From Sulfolobales archaeon (GTDB lineage Archaea; Thermoproteota; Thermoprotei_A; Sulfolobales; NBVN01): a stretch of 64,000 nt of DNA. Within the stretch, counting starts at the first letter, position 1, and each line of letters starts with the position of its first letter. Positions 54,488 to 62,818 of the stretch are shown piece by piece. The DNA is taken from the NCBI GenBank assembly GCA_026419835.1, contig JAOAKQ010000004.1, positions 42,388 through 106,387 of the forward strand, in the 5' to 3' direction. Below the pieces are notes generated by a model that worked only from the letters and a program-made list of their open reading frames with translations, searched no databases and was not told the DNA's origin. The position numbers were made by a program, and so were the translations under genes.

Positions 54488-55738
54488 GTGAGCACATTGA
54501 TCGGGGTCACAGGTCCCTATCTCTACATCGGGTCGCTGAGAGCTGAGAAAATAGCCGAGGAGTTCGGAACTCCCGTCTACGTGTACGACGCGGAGCTCGT
54601 TGAGGAGAACTACCTCAGGCTGAGGAGGTCCTTTAGATACGGGAATCTGGAGGTAATGTACGCCTGCAAAGCGAACAACAGCGTGGAGATACTCAAGCAT
54701 CTCAGAGACCTCGGAGCCGGTTTAGACGCCGTATCACCGTGGGAGGTAGCCCTCGGGGTTAGGGTTGGGTTCAGGAGGGAGAAGATACTCTTCACCGGAA
54801 CTAGCGTAACCGTCGAGGAGATGAAGTTCGTCCGGGGGGAGCTAGGCGTTCTAGTTAACGTGGACTCAATACCACAGCTCAGGAGGTATGGAAAGACGTT
54901 CCCGGAGACCGAGGTGTCCGTAAGAATAAACCCGGGTATCGGGGCCGGACACCACGAGTACGCAGTTACCGGCGGTGTCACGAAGTTCGGTATCTACATA
55001 AACCAGCTCGATAAGGTGGAGGAGGTCTTGAGGGAGTACAGGCTGAGGCTCGTCGGTCTGCACGCTCACATAGGGTCCGGGATCCTCAGACCGGAGCCAT
55101 TCGTAGAGACGGCCGAGAGGTTGCTGAAGGTAGCCCAGCTCTTCAGAGACCTGGAGTTCGTAGATATCGGTGGGGGGTTCGGGATCCCCTACAGACCCGG
55201 CGAGAGACCTCTGGACCTGGACTACCTGGGCAGTAGGCTGAGCTCCCTCTTCGAGGAGTTCAGCTCGAAGTACGGTAGTGTGAAGCTCAGAGTGGAGCCC
55301 GGAAGGTTCATTGTCGGAAGCGCTGGAGTGCTCCTCGTTAGAGTAGTGGACATCAAGGAGGTTGAGGTGGGCGGCACTAGGAAGGTCTTCGTCGGGGTGG
55401 ACTCCGGTATGAACCACCTGATCAGACCGGCGCTCTACGGAGCCTACCACGAGGTAGTCGCGGTATCCAAAGCTGATAGACCCAGAGTGCTGACGGCCGA
55501 CGTGGTAGGGAACGTATGCGAGAGCGGCGACGTTCTAGCGGTAAACGCTCAGCTACCCGAGCTCGAGGAGGGAGACGTACTAGCCATCATGAACGCCGGC
55601 GCCTACGGGTACTCCATGAGCTCGAACTACAACATGAGGCCCAGACCCCCAGAGGTGGTCGTGCGCGGGGCTTCAGCTAAGCTCACTAGGAGGAGGGAGG
55701 TACTCGAAGACCTACTGAGAGTCTTCGTAGAGCTCTAG
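54488..55738 (+). CDS. Orn/DAP/Arg decarboxylase family 2 enzyme (diaminopimelate decarboxylase-like)
   Basis: YACKANN (PLP Lys), HAHIGS, DIGGGFGIPY, EPGRFIVG, CESGD. Confidence 0.8.
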   Translation: MSTLIGVTGPYLYIGSLRAEKIAEEFGTPVYVYDAELVEENYLRLRRSFRYGNLEVMYACKANNSVEILKHLRDLGAGLDAVSPWEVALGVRVGFRREKILFTGTSVTVEEMKFVRGELGVLVNVDSIPQLRRYGKTFPETEVSVRINPGIGAGHHEYAVTGGVTKFGIYINQLDKVEEVLREYRLRLVGLHAHIGSGILRPEPFVETAERLLKVAQLFRDLEFVDIGGGFGIPYRPGERPLDLDYLGSRLSSLFEEFSSKYGSVKLRVEPGRFIVGSAGVLLVRVVDIKEVEVGGTRKVFVGVDSGMNHLIRPALYGAYHEVVAVSKADRPRVLTADVVGNVCESGDVLAVNAQLPELEEGDVLAIMNAGAYGYSMSSNYNMRPRPPEVVVRGASAKLTRRREVLEDLLRVFVEL

Positions 55739-55790
55739 AAAGCCGCGCGGCCTCGCTAGCTGAGTCACTCAGTGTGCGAGCGCGTAGGCT

Positions 55791-56633
55791 CTAGGTAGTC
55801 CTGGGTTTGAGAGCTGTGAATCCCTTAGCTCTATCCACCCACCTCACGTCTACGAAGCCGGCCAGCTCCAGCCTGGACTTAACGCCCTTCAAGAAGCTCA
55901 CTCTACTGTGCTTCCCGGGCTCTCCCACGTAGTGGAAGACCCTGCGCCCGGGCTTTAGAACTCTGTAGAGCTCTCTGTAGAAGTCGAGGCCGTAGAGCTC
56001 CCCGGCAATACTTATCCTAGGCGGGTCGTGCAGTACCGCGTCAAACCTCTCGGACTCCAGCTCCTCGACGTACTCCGTGGCGTCTTCAAGCACGACCTCT
56101 ACGCGCGGGTCCTCCAGCTTCCTGGACCAGGGGTTGTGCTGAGCCATCTTCAGTACGTTCGGGTCCACCTCGACAGTCACAACTCTCTCAGCACCCCTCG
56201 CTACCTCAGCTATAGCCGTGTACCCGAGCCCTGCGCACACGTCCAGTACCTCTGCCCCCCTTAAACTACCCAGCGAGGACACCTTGAGTAGGGTATCGGT
56301 CCACGGGTCTACGCCGGTGGTTCTGTGCATCTGGATACCGCTGATCTCCAGTGTGGGAGCGCTGCGCGGTGCCGTGGGCTTGAGCTTGTAGTACCTACCG
56401 CTATCGTACATATCTAGTCTAACTAGCCTACCGCTCACCAGCTTGTAAGCGTACCCCTCCTCAACCTCCGCCAGTTCATCGATACCTACCGAGGCGTCCT
56501 CGCCCAGGTACACGACGCTCCCGGAGATCCTGGCCACTACGGGCGTCAGCCCCATGTCGACGGAGACCACTACTTCGCTCAGTCCGGTAGAGCGAGCCCT
56601 CACTATCTCAGAGACATCCCAGGCAGTCAGCAC
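55791..56633 (-). CDS. SAM-dependent methyltransferase (archaeal COG2521-like)
   Basis: VLDVCAGLGYTAI (motif I), LHDPPR (motif IV). Confidence 0.7.
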   Translation of the reverse strand: MLTAWDVSEIVRARSTGLSEVVVSVDMGLTPVVARISGSVVYLGEDASVGIDELAEVEEGYAYKLVSGRLVRLDMYDSGRYYKLKPTAPRSAPTLEISGIQMHRTTGVDPWTDTLLKVSSLGSLRGAEVLDVCAGLGYTAIAEVARGAERVVTVEVDPNVLKMAQHNPWSRKLEDPRVEVVLEDATEYVEELESERFDAVLHDPPRISIAGELYGLDFYRELYRVLKPGRRVFHYVGEPGKHSRVSFLKGVKSRLELAGFVDVRWVDRAKGFTALKPRTT

Positions 56634-56762
56634 GTAGCCGGGGATGTAGGAGTAGCTGAACCTCGTCGAGGACCCCCTACAGAACTGCTTAGAGCGTTTT
56701 TACCTTGAGTACGGGTTGACACATCTCCAGCCTAGAGAGCCTGTGCCCGCGGATCTCCTCGA

Positions 56763-57740
56763 CTACTCAATTCTACCTACTAGGTTAGCACCGTACTTGA
56801 TTAGCGCTGGGATTAGCTGGGGGATTGTTGAAGCCGTTGTCACTAGTCTGTAGAGAATTATGGCTGATAGAGCTGAGCTGGCGTTTAGGTCTAGAGATGC
56901 TGAAGCTAGTAGCTGAGCTACCTCCACCTGCCCTACACCAGCTGGAGTAACTACTGGGAGAAGCCAGAACGTAACTAGCAGGATGTCGAAGATTATGAGT
57001 GAGTGGACTAGGGACGCTGACCTATCTAAGTGGGAGAGAATTAGGTAACCGCTCACAACGGACGCAGCCTTCTCGAGTCCGATAGCTAGGAGGATTGTGC
57101 TGAAGGTTTTTCTCGCAGGAATGCCGATATCCGCAGGTTCCACTTCTCGATAGCCGAGCTTAGATGCGTACTTCAGGAGAGGCTTGGAGAACCTGGGGAA
57201 CCTCGTTGAGGCTACGGCCGCTAAGTTGAGAGCGTTTACTACAGCAGTAGCTGTAAGAAGCCATAGAAATAGCCCGTCGATTTTCCTAGCGAGTAGTGCT
57301 AGGAGTGCTAGTTCTACAGCTACGAAGACTGAGTGCGCTAGTCTGTGGAGGAACGTTATCTTCACGGCGCTACTAAGTGGAACGCCTTCGTGAGCTAGAA
57401 ACGCTACTTTCCCTACCTCAGTCGCACCACCCACGGGAACTACGTACTCGAGTGCTAGTGCGCTGTACATCCCGAGCAGTACTCTCCTAAACCCCAGGTC
57501 GTACCCGTGGGACCTAACGACTACGTAGAACTGGGCAGAGTGCAGTAGCGGTCCGAGGGACCTAGCGGCTAGAGATAGTGCCAGTAGGTGCGCAGGAACC
57601 TCGGAAGCGTAGCTAAGCGCCTGAGCTAGGTCTACGGATAGAGCGTACTTCGAGATAGCTACTAGAGCGGCTACAGCGAGAGAAGTAGCTACCGCTATTT
57701 TCACAGCACTTCTCGCTCTACTCGTCTTCATCGAACTCAC
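56763..57740 (-). CDS. polytopic membrane protein, possibly flippase-like (UPF0104/LPG-synthase TM type)
   Basis: About 8 TM segments, 325 aa. The family call is tentative. Confidence 0.4.
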   Translation of the reverse strand: MSSMKTSRARSAVKIAVATSLAVAALVAISKYALSVDLAQALSYASEVPAHLLALSLAARSLGPLLHSAQFYVVVRSHGYDLGFRRVLLGMYSALALEYVVPVGGATEVGKVAFLAHEGVPLSSAVKITFLHRLAHSVFVAVELALLALLARKIDGLFLWLLTATAVVNALNLAAVASTRFPRFSKPLLKYASKLGYREVEPADIGIPARKTFSTILLAIGLEKAASVVSGYLILSHLDRSASLVHSLIIFDILLVTFWLLPVVTPAGVGQVEVAQLLASASLDLNASSALSAIILYRLVTTASTIPQLIPALIKYGANLVGRIE

Positions 57741-57776
57741 TGAGCGCAGCTAACCCACCTAGCTATGCGGACTCGA

Positions 57777-58067
57777 CTACAGCTCCACTCCCGTACGAGC
57801 GTCAACTACAAAGACTTCCTTAAAACCTACTCCACGCAGTGAATCCTTGATCCTCTCAATGACGGTTTTCATTAGAGTGTGGTTTATGAACCTGCAGAAA
57901 GCGCAGCTAGGGTCCGAGCCCGTGAAGTCGATGAAGACGGCTATCTTACTACCGTCCCTGGAGACCCTGACCTTAGTTACCAAGCCAGCTGAAACCACAT
58001 CGATATCGAAACCAGGAACCTCAGTCTTGCTGAGAGCTCTCCAAACCCTACTGATATCCAAACACAT
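57777..58067 (-). CDS. DUF59/MIP18-like Fe-S assembly domain protein
   Basis: VPGFDIDVVSAGLVTKVRVSRDGSKIAVFIDFTGSDPSCAFC. ATATATA box at 58092-58098 upstream. Confidence 0.5.
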   Translation of the reverse strand: MCLDISRVWRALSKTEVPGFDIDVVSAGLVTKVRVSRDGSKIAVFIDFTGSDPSCAFCRFINHTLMKTVIERIKDSLRGVGFKEVFVVDARTGVEL

Positions 58068-58207
58068 TCCCAGACCGCACTATCTGGAAGCTATATATCT
58101 CTCAAAGAAATTAAAGCGCACGGTTCGCTCTACACGTTCTTTATTTCTCGTCATTCTACCTTCGGTAAGGCAACTAGAGAAGACTGAGAGAACTTCACGT
58201 CGCGGTC

Positions 58208-58382
58208 TTCGCGGAGGTTTCTTCAGGAACCTCCGCGAACTACCGAGCTACTAGCTTCGCAGTAGCGGATCGCTCCGGTGCGGTAGGTATCCCCCACACT
58301 CCACGCTGAGTCTAGCTCGGTAGAGCCGGGACCTGAGTTCGATGAGCACCCGCTGCGACTAGTAGCGGCTCAGGAGGTCGGC
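58208..58382. other. helix-dense ORF-free segment (candidate structured RNA or regulatory DNA)
   Basis: 12-bp perfect hairpin 58208-58219/58228-58239. 11-bp perfect stem 58240-58250/58313-58323. Composite hairpin GCCG/CGGC, CCTGAG/CTCAGG, CCGCT/AGCGG at 58325-58382. Confidence 0.4.
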
Positions 58383-58580
58383 ACGTTCGGAGGTGGTGAG
58401 TACGGTAGCGAGCTGGTAGCGAGTAATTCCCGAGACCCCAGCTTCTACGCTCTCGCGAGAGATCATGAGCTACTACTTCATCACGTAGCTAGTTCATGTG
58501 TACGCGTAGTAGTGAGAACCCCTAGCCTACGGTTACGGCTTCGAGAACTCCGGCAAGCTGTGAGAATGAGTTGTCTGGAA

Positions 58581-58829
58581 CTACGCACCGCGCGATTCCG
58601 AGCTCTTTCTACGGTAAAGAGTCTTCAGTTCATCTAGTCTCACTAGTTCTGCGTACAGAGCCACCCACCGCTCGATCTCTCTCTTCACGTCGTCGGACTC
58701 GGTCATGAGGTTTCTAGCGGTTTGCCGCTCGCTGGTGAGTCTAGAACTTCTCATCGAGTACTTCTCCTCGAACTCTAGGAGGTGTCTTAGGATTTGCCTT
58801 ATGCGCTCATCCACTCTTGAGGAATCCAT
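58581..58829 (-). CDS. hypothetical small helical protein
   Basis: 82-aa charged, helical ORF with no competing ORF on the other strand for most of its length. Confidence 0.3.
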   Translation of the reverse strand: MDSSRVDERIRQILRHLLEFEEKYSMRSSRLTSERQTARNLMTESDDVKREIERWVALYAELVRLDELKTLYRRKSSESRGA

Positions 58830-58978
58830 AACTTATTCCGCGAAGTTCGGGTATTCGGAGTTTTTCAGTACTGCGATACGTAATACAGCGCCGTGTATTA
58901 TGGCTGGAGAAAGCTCTGGCTACGCAGCTTAAGAGGACCCTATTGAAAGCGCTGAGGTGAACTCTAATAAGCGGTGAC

Positions 58979-60097
58979 ATGATGTTGAAACTGATAAGGA
59001 TGAACTCTTTGAGTTTGAGGAGGTGGTGCGGTAATCCTCTAATCAAGCCGAGACCCGGAAACTTCTGGGAAGTAGGCGGTACCTTCAATCCAGCGGCTTT
59101 CACCCTGGGGGATAGGGTCTTCCTGCTGTATAGGCAGGTATCTAGAAGTTGCGTCTCTACGCTGGGTCTCGCAGTAGTTAGTGGAGGTTTTGAAGTTGTT
59201 GAGAGACTGGATGAGCCGGTGTACGTACCGAGAGAAGCTTTCGAAGTAAACCCGCAGCTGGTTAGCAAGCTCGAAGGTCTAGAATTGGTTGAAGACGTGG
59301 GTAGGCTTAGGAGTAGAGTATCCAGCTCCTCTGGAGGTAGCTGCTTCGGAGTTGAAGACCCCAGAGTCTCTCTCGTTAACGATACTGTGTACCTAACCTA
59401 CGTAGCTTACAACGGAGTAGACCCTCCGAGAGGTGCTATGAGCTGGATAAGCCTGCAGGACTTCCTAAACTACCGCTGGGAGAGGTGGAGTAGGCCGATG
59501 CTGATAACGCACCCATCCATAACCGATAAGAGCATAGTCATGCTGCCCAGAAGGATTAGGGGTAGGTGGACCTTCTTCCACAGGATATTCCCCCACATAT
59601 GGATCGATGAGGTTGACGAGCTCTCGCAGTTTAAGTACGGAAAGTACCTCTGGGGGCGGTCAGCGATTAGAACGAGGCCGAAGTACTGGGATAGTAGGAA
59701 GGTAGGTGCCGGCGCTGTCGTGGAGTGGAGGAAGTTCTGGCTACTCGTATACTACGGAGTAACTGGGTGGGATGACTACTACTACTCTGAAGGTCTTCGA
59801 CCGGAGGACTTCGCTCTCTCAGATGGGTACCGGTACAAGATCGGGCTGATGCTTCTAGACTTAAACGATCCTTCCAAAGTGCTCTACAGACCGGATAGAC
59901 CGCTGAGCGAACCGGAGTTGTGGTACGAGGTGTACCCGAAGGCTAAGCCCAACGTCATGTACCCAACTGGAGCCACCATTCTCGACGGCAAACTTCTCGT
60001 ATACTACGGAGCCTCGGACTACTTCGTTGCGCTAGGTGAGGTAGCTCTCGAAGATGTTGAGGAGGTCGTTTCTCGTACTCTACAGCATCTCCTCTAG
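58979..60097 (+). CDS. GH130 family glycoside phosphorylase/hydrolase (DUF377)
   Basis: GNPLIKPRP...FNPAAF...LLYR, VEDPRV, LTYVAYN, DKSIVMLPRRIRGRWTFFHR, YKIGLMLLD, LVYYGASDYFVAL. The start may be the ATG at about 59000. Confidence 0.75.
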   Translation: MMLKLIRMNSLSLRRWCGNPLIKPRPGNFWEVGGTFNPAAFTLGDRVFLLYRQVSRSCVSTLGLAVVSGGFEVVERLDEPVYVPREAFEVNPQLVSKLEGLELVEDVGRLRSRVSSSSGGSCFGVEDPRVSLVNDTVYLTYVAYNGVDPPRGAMSWISLQDFLNYRWERWSRPMLITHPSITDKSIVMLPRRIRGRWTFFHRIFPHIWIDEVDELSQFKYGKYLWGRSAIRTRPKYWDSRKVGAGAVVEWRKFWLLVYYGVTGWDDYYYSEGLRPEDFALSDGYRYKIGLMLLDLNDPSKVLYRPDRPLSEPELWYEVYPKAKPNVMYPTGATILDGKLLVYYGASDYFVALGEVALEDVEEVVSRTLQHLL

Positions 60098-60158
60098 AGA
60101 AGTAAGTACGTATTACCTTAAAAGTACATAAACTATAGATAGCCACTGGGTTTGCGAG

Positions 60159-61133
60159 TTGTTACTTAGAAGATACGTGGATAACCCAGTGCTGTTTCCA
60201 GACCCGCGCCGCTGGCTCGAGGCTGACGCGGTCTTCAACCCCGCCGCGACTTTCTTCTCCAGTAAGGTCGTCATGCTCTACAGAGCTCTATCTAAACCAA
60301 TCCCCAGGTCTCCGTATGAGAGCATAAGAATATCTACAATATTCTACGCTGAATCTGAGGACGGCTATAGGTTTAGAGCTCGCCGCATGTTTCTAGGCCC
60401 TGAGTACCCGTGGGAATCCTACTCGACCGAGGACCCCAGGGTCACCTCTCTAAACGGGACCTACTACATCACCTACACGGCCGTCTCGTCAATGCCTCCT
60501 CGACCTGATACCGTGCACCTAGCTCTAGCGGTAACTAAGGACTTCACTAGAGTAGTTAAGGTGGGTGTTGTGTGCCCCTACAACTCCAAGGCCGGCTTCA
60601 TCTTCCCGAAGAAGTACGAGGGTAGGTACCTGCTTGCGGTAACTATAAACCCCGACGTGCCTCCGTCTAGAGCGGTGCTAGTAGAATTCGATAGACTTGA
60701 GCACCTCACAGACTCGGAGTACTGGAGTTCTGCGCTAGCTGAAGCAAAACCCCTCCTTCAAGGTACCGCCGACAAGCCCTTCGTCGAGCTCGGAACTCCT
60801 CCAGTAGAGCTCGATGAGTACTGGCTACTTCTAGTACCGGACATAGTCTACGAGAACGGGCATTTCAGGGAGTTTAGAGTGAGTGCGATGCTCTTAGATA
60901 AGAGCGACCCGTCGAGAATTGTTGCCGTATCCAGAAAGCCGCTCCTATACCCAACCGTGGAGTACGAACTAACGTACTCTGAGCCTCTCAGGGGGATCGC
61001 GTTTCCGACGGGAGCTCTCAAGTTCGACGATAGCGGTAAGTTGCTGCTGTACTACGGCGCGGCTGATAGGTTCGTAGCTATAGCGGAAGCCGATGTGGAC
61101 CGGCTAGTGAGGTCGGTTCTCAGGGGTGACTAG
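60159..61133 (+). CDS. GH130 family paralog
   Basis: DNPVLFPD...FNPAA...MLYRA, TEDPRV, ITYTA, SAMLLDKSDPSRI, LLYYGAADRFVAI. Confidence 0.75.
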   Translation: MLLRRYVDNPVLFPDPRRWLEADAVFNPAATFFSSKVVMLYRALSKPIPRSPYESIRISTIFYAESEDGYRFRARRMFLGPEYPWESYSTEDPRVTSLNGTYYITYTAVSSMPPRPDTVHLALAVTKDFTRVVKVGVVCPYNSKAGFIFPKKYEGRYLLAVTINPDVPPSRAVLVEFDRLEHLTDSEYWSSALAEAKPLLQGTADKPFVELGTPPVELDEYWLLLVPDIVYENGHFREFRVSAMLLDKSDPSRIVAVSRKPLLYPTVEYELTYSEPLRGIAFPTGALKFDDSGKLLLYYGAADRFVAIAEADVDRLVRSVLRGD

Positions 61134-62103
61134 GTTGATTAAGCTCAAGAGGTACGAGCGCAACCCGGTACTGAAGCCGGAGCCCGCGAGGAGGTTCATG
61201 GAGTTCGCCGCGTTTAACCCAACGGCGCTTCTCCTCGACGGCAAGGTCTACATACTCTTTAGAGCTCAATCATACGACCTGGAGTCTACGATAGGGCTCG
61301 CAGTATCGTCGGACGGACTTTCAGTAGACTTCGTTCTCGATGAGCCGATATACGTACCTAGAGAGATCTTCGAGAAGAGAGTTGCCTACGAAGTAGGTCC
61401 GGTGGGCTGTGAAGACCCTAGAGCTACTCCAATCGATGGGAGGATCTACATGCTCTACACAGCTGTGAGTGATGCTTACGACTACGTTAGGGTGGCCCTC
61501 ACCAGTATCGACGTCTCCAGCTTTGCTGGAGGTAGGTGGAGTAAGTGGTCTAAGCCGATTGCTATATCACCCCCAGGGGTTTGGGATAAGAACGCAGCGC
61601 TACTCCCGAAGAGAGTTAGAGGTAAGTACGTGATCTTCCATAGATTCTTCCCGAATATATGGGTAGACTTCGTGGAGAGCCTGGATTTCGAGGGCTACTG
61701 GCTTAGGGGTCTCGAATTCTTCAGAGTAAGGCCCGGTATGTGGGATAGCGATAAGGTCGGTATTGCCGGAGTTCCCATAGAGGTAAGTGAGGGGTGGGTT
61801 ATGATATACCACGCGAGGTCCTCCCTCGACGGAGCCTACAGACTCGGCGCAGCACTACTGGATAGGGAAGACCCTACCTCGGTCACATCTAGACTGAGCT
61901 ACCCAATACTGGAGCCCCGGGAGTGGTACGAAACTGAGGAAATGAACGTAGTGTTCTCGTGCGGTCACGTAGTTCTAGACGGCAAGCTCTTTGTGTACTA
62001 CGGAGCGTCAGATAAGTACGTAGCGGTAGCATACGCAGACTTCGATGAGTTGGTGGGTGAGTTATTGAAGAACTCTAACTCTAGAGAGACCGCCAGCCCC
62101 TAG
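61126..62103 (+). CDS. GH130 family paralog
   Basis: RNPVLKPEP...FNPTA...ILFRA, CEDPRA, MLYTA, WDKNAALLPKRVRGKYVIFHR, GWVMIYHA, LGAALLDREDP, FVYYGASDKYVAVA. Confidence 0.8.
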   Translation: MTRLIKLKRYERNPVLKPEPARRFMEFAAFNPTALLLDGKVYILFRAQSYDLESTIGLAVSSDGLSVDFVLDEPIYVPREIFEKRVAYEVGPVGCEDPRATPIDGRIYMLYTAVSDAYDYVRVALTSIDVSSFAGGRWSKWSKPIAISPPGVWDKNAALLPKRVRGKYVIFHRFFPNIWVDFVESLDFEGYWLRGLEFFRVRPGMWDSDKVGIAGVPIEVSEGWVMIYHARSSLDGAYRLGAALLDREDPTSVTSRLSYPILEPREWYETEEMNVVFSCGHVVLDGKLFVYYGASDKYVAVAYADFDELVGELLKNSNSRETASP

Positions 62104-62179
62104 ATAGCCACTGCCGACCGCCTATATACGCCGTCAGCGCGAGTGCTCTCGCTTCACGGCGGGAATGCTTTACGAGTAG

Positions 62180-62254
62180 CGGGCCCGCCGGGATTTGAAC
62201 CCGGGACCTCCGGCTCCGCAGGCCGGCGCCCTATCCTGGCTAGGCCACGGGCCC
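62180..62254 (-). tRNA. tRNA-Arg (anticodon GCG), no intron, CCA not encoded
   Basis: The minus strand reads GGGCCCGTGGCCTAGCCAGGATAGGGCGCCGGCCTGCGGAGCCGGAGGTCCCGGGTTCAAATCCCGGCGGGCCCG. It has a 7-bp acceptor stem, a 5-bp anticodon stem CCGGC/GCCGG, loop CU-GCG-GA, and T arm CCGGG-TTCAAAT-CCCGG. Confidence 0.95.
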
Positions 62255-62274
62255 CAGCTATACGCTATGTAGGA

Positions 62275-62283
62275 GTTTTTATC
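62275..62283 (-). promoter_or_regulatory. TATA-like box for tRNA-Arg
   Basis: The minus strand reads GATAAAAAC, centred about 25 nt upstream of the tRNA 5' end. Confidence 0.4.
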
Positions 62284-62368
62284 GTGTGTTCACTAGTTCT
62301 CAGACACTCACCGAGGTCTACGCAATCGACCTCGGTGGCTCGCCCGTGGGTTAGCAACTCGCGCACTG

Positions 62369-62818
62369 CTAGCGGTAAGCTACTCGCAGTCTCTGCAGAA
62401 ATCTCTCAACTATCTTGATACCCACTCTCTCATAGTGAGCTACGGCTTCAACGGCTTCTTCGCTCGGTACCTCGTCTACGTACTTACTTAGAGCTGTGAG
62501 TATCTCCTCCTCACCTATAACTACTACGTCCTCTACCGGCGCTCTCCACCTCTCAGCTCTATCAGCTCTTAGAAGAGCTTCGAGTACTTCCTCGTTTGAA
62601 GCACCTTCACTAACCACCAGTGCGTAGTAGTGGTTATCTACGTAGTGAGCTATGATCTCGCCAACTACCCTGGACTCCCTCGTAATCACCCAGTAGCCGA
62701 CCTCGGAGCTATCTTCGAGAACTGCGTGAGGTCCCTCGGTGATGGTGTAGCCTAGGTCTGCGACGTACTTCAGCAGCTTGTTCAGGTCCCTAACCTCTAG
62801 TCTAATCAATGCCGGCAC
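62369..62818 (-). CDS. hypothetical protein
   Basis: 149-aa ORF overlapping the radical SAM stop by 13 nt. No motif recognised. Confidence 0.4.
   Translation of the reverse strand: MPALIRLEVRDLNKLLKYVADLGYTITEGPHAVLEDSSEVGYWVITRESRVVGEIIAHYVDNHYYALVVSEGASNEEVLEALLRADRAERWRAPVEDVVVIGEEEILTALSKYVDEVPSEEAVEAVAHYERVGIKIVERFLQRLRVAYR

Noticed and set aside
55742-55772. Palindromes GCCGCGCGGC and CTGAGT-C-ACTCAG between convergent genes, and the 10-bp hairpin CACCGAGGTC/GACCTCGGTG at 62309-62337
   Set aside because: These are plausible terminator or processing hairpins. However, archaeal termination relies mainly on oligo-T tracts, which are absent here, so they are not called as terminators.
58068-58580. 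RNase P RNA or SRP RNA in the long spacer, and a minus-strand GTGATGA C-box at about 58480
   Set aside because: I found no CR-I-like GAGGAAAGTCC, no SRP helix-8 motifs, and no downstream CTGA D box at a plausible spacing. Only the generic description as structured RNA is kept.
58807-59268. 153-aa minus-strand ORF
   Set aside because: It overlaps the 5' part of the first GH130 gene in antisense and has a low-complexity S/T/L/P composition.
58979-62260. GH130 block as a tRNA-integrated genomic island
   Set aside because: There is no integrase, no duplicated tRNA 3' segment, and no obvious compositional break visible by eye.
62143-62418. 91-aa plus-strand ORF (…VAGPPGFEPGTSGSAGRRPILARPRAP…)
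   Set aside because: It is the antisense read-through of the tRNA-Arg gene. The GFEPGT peptide is the usual signature of a T-arm read as protein.
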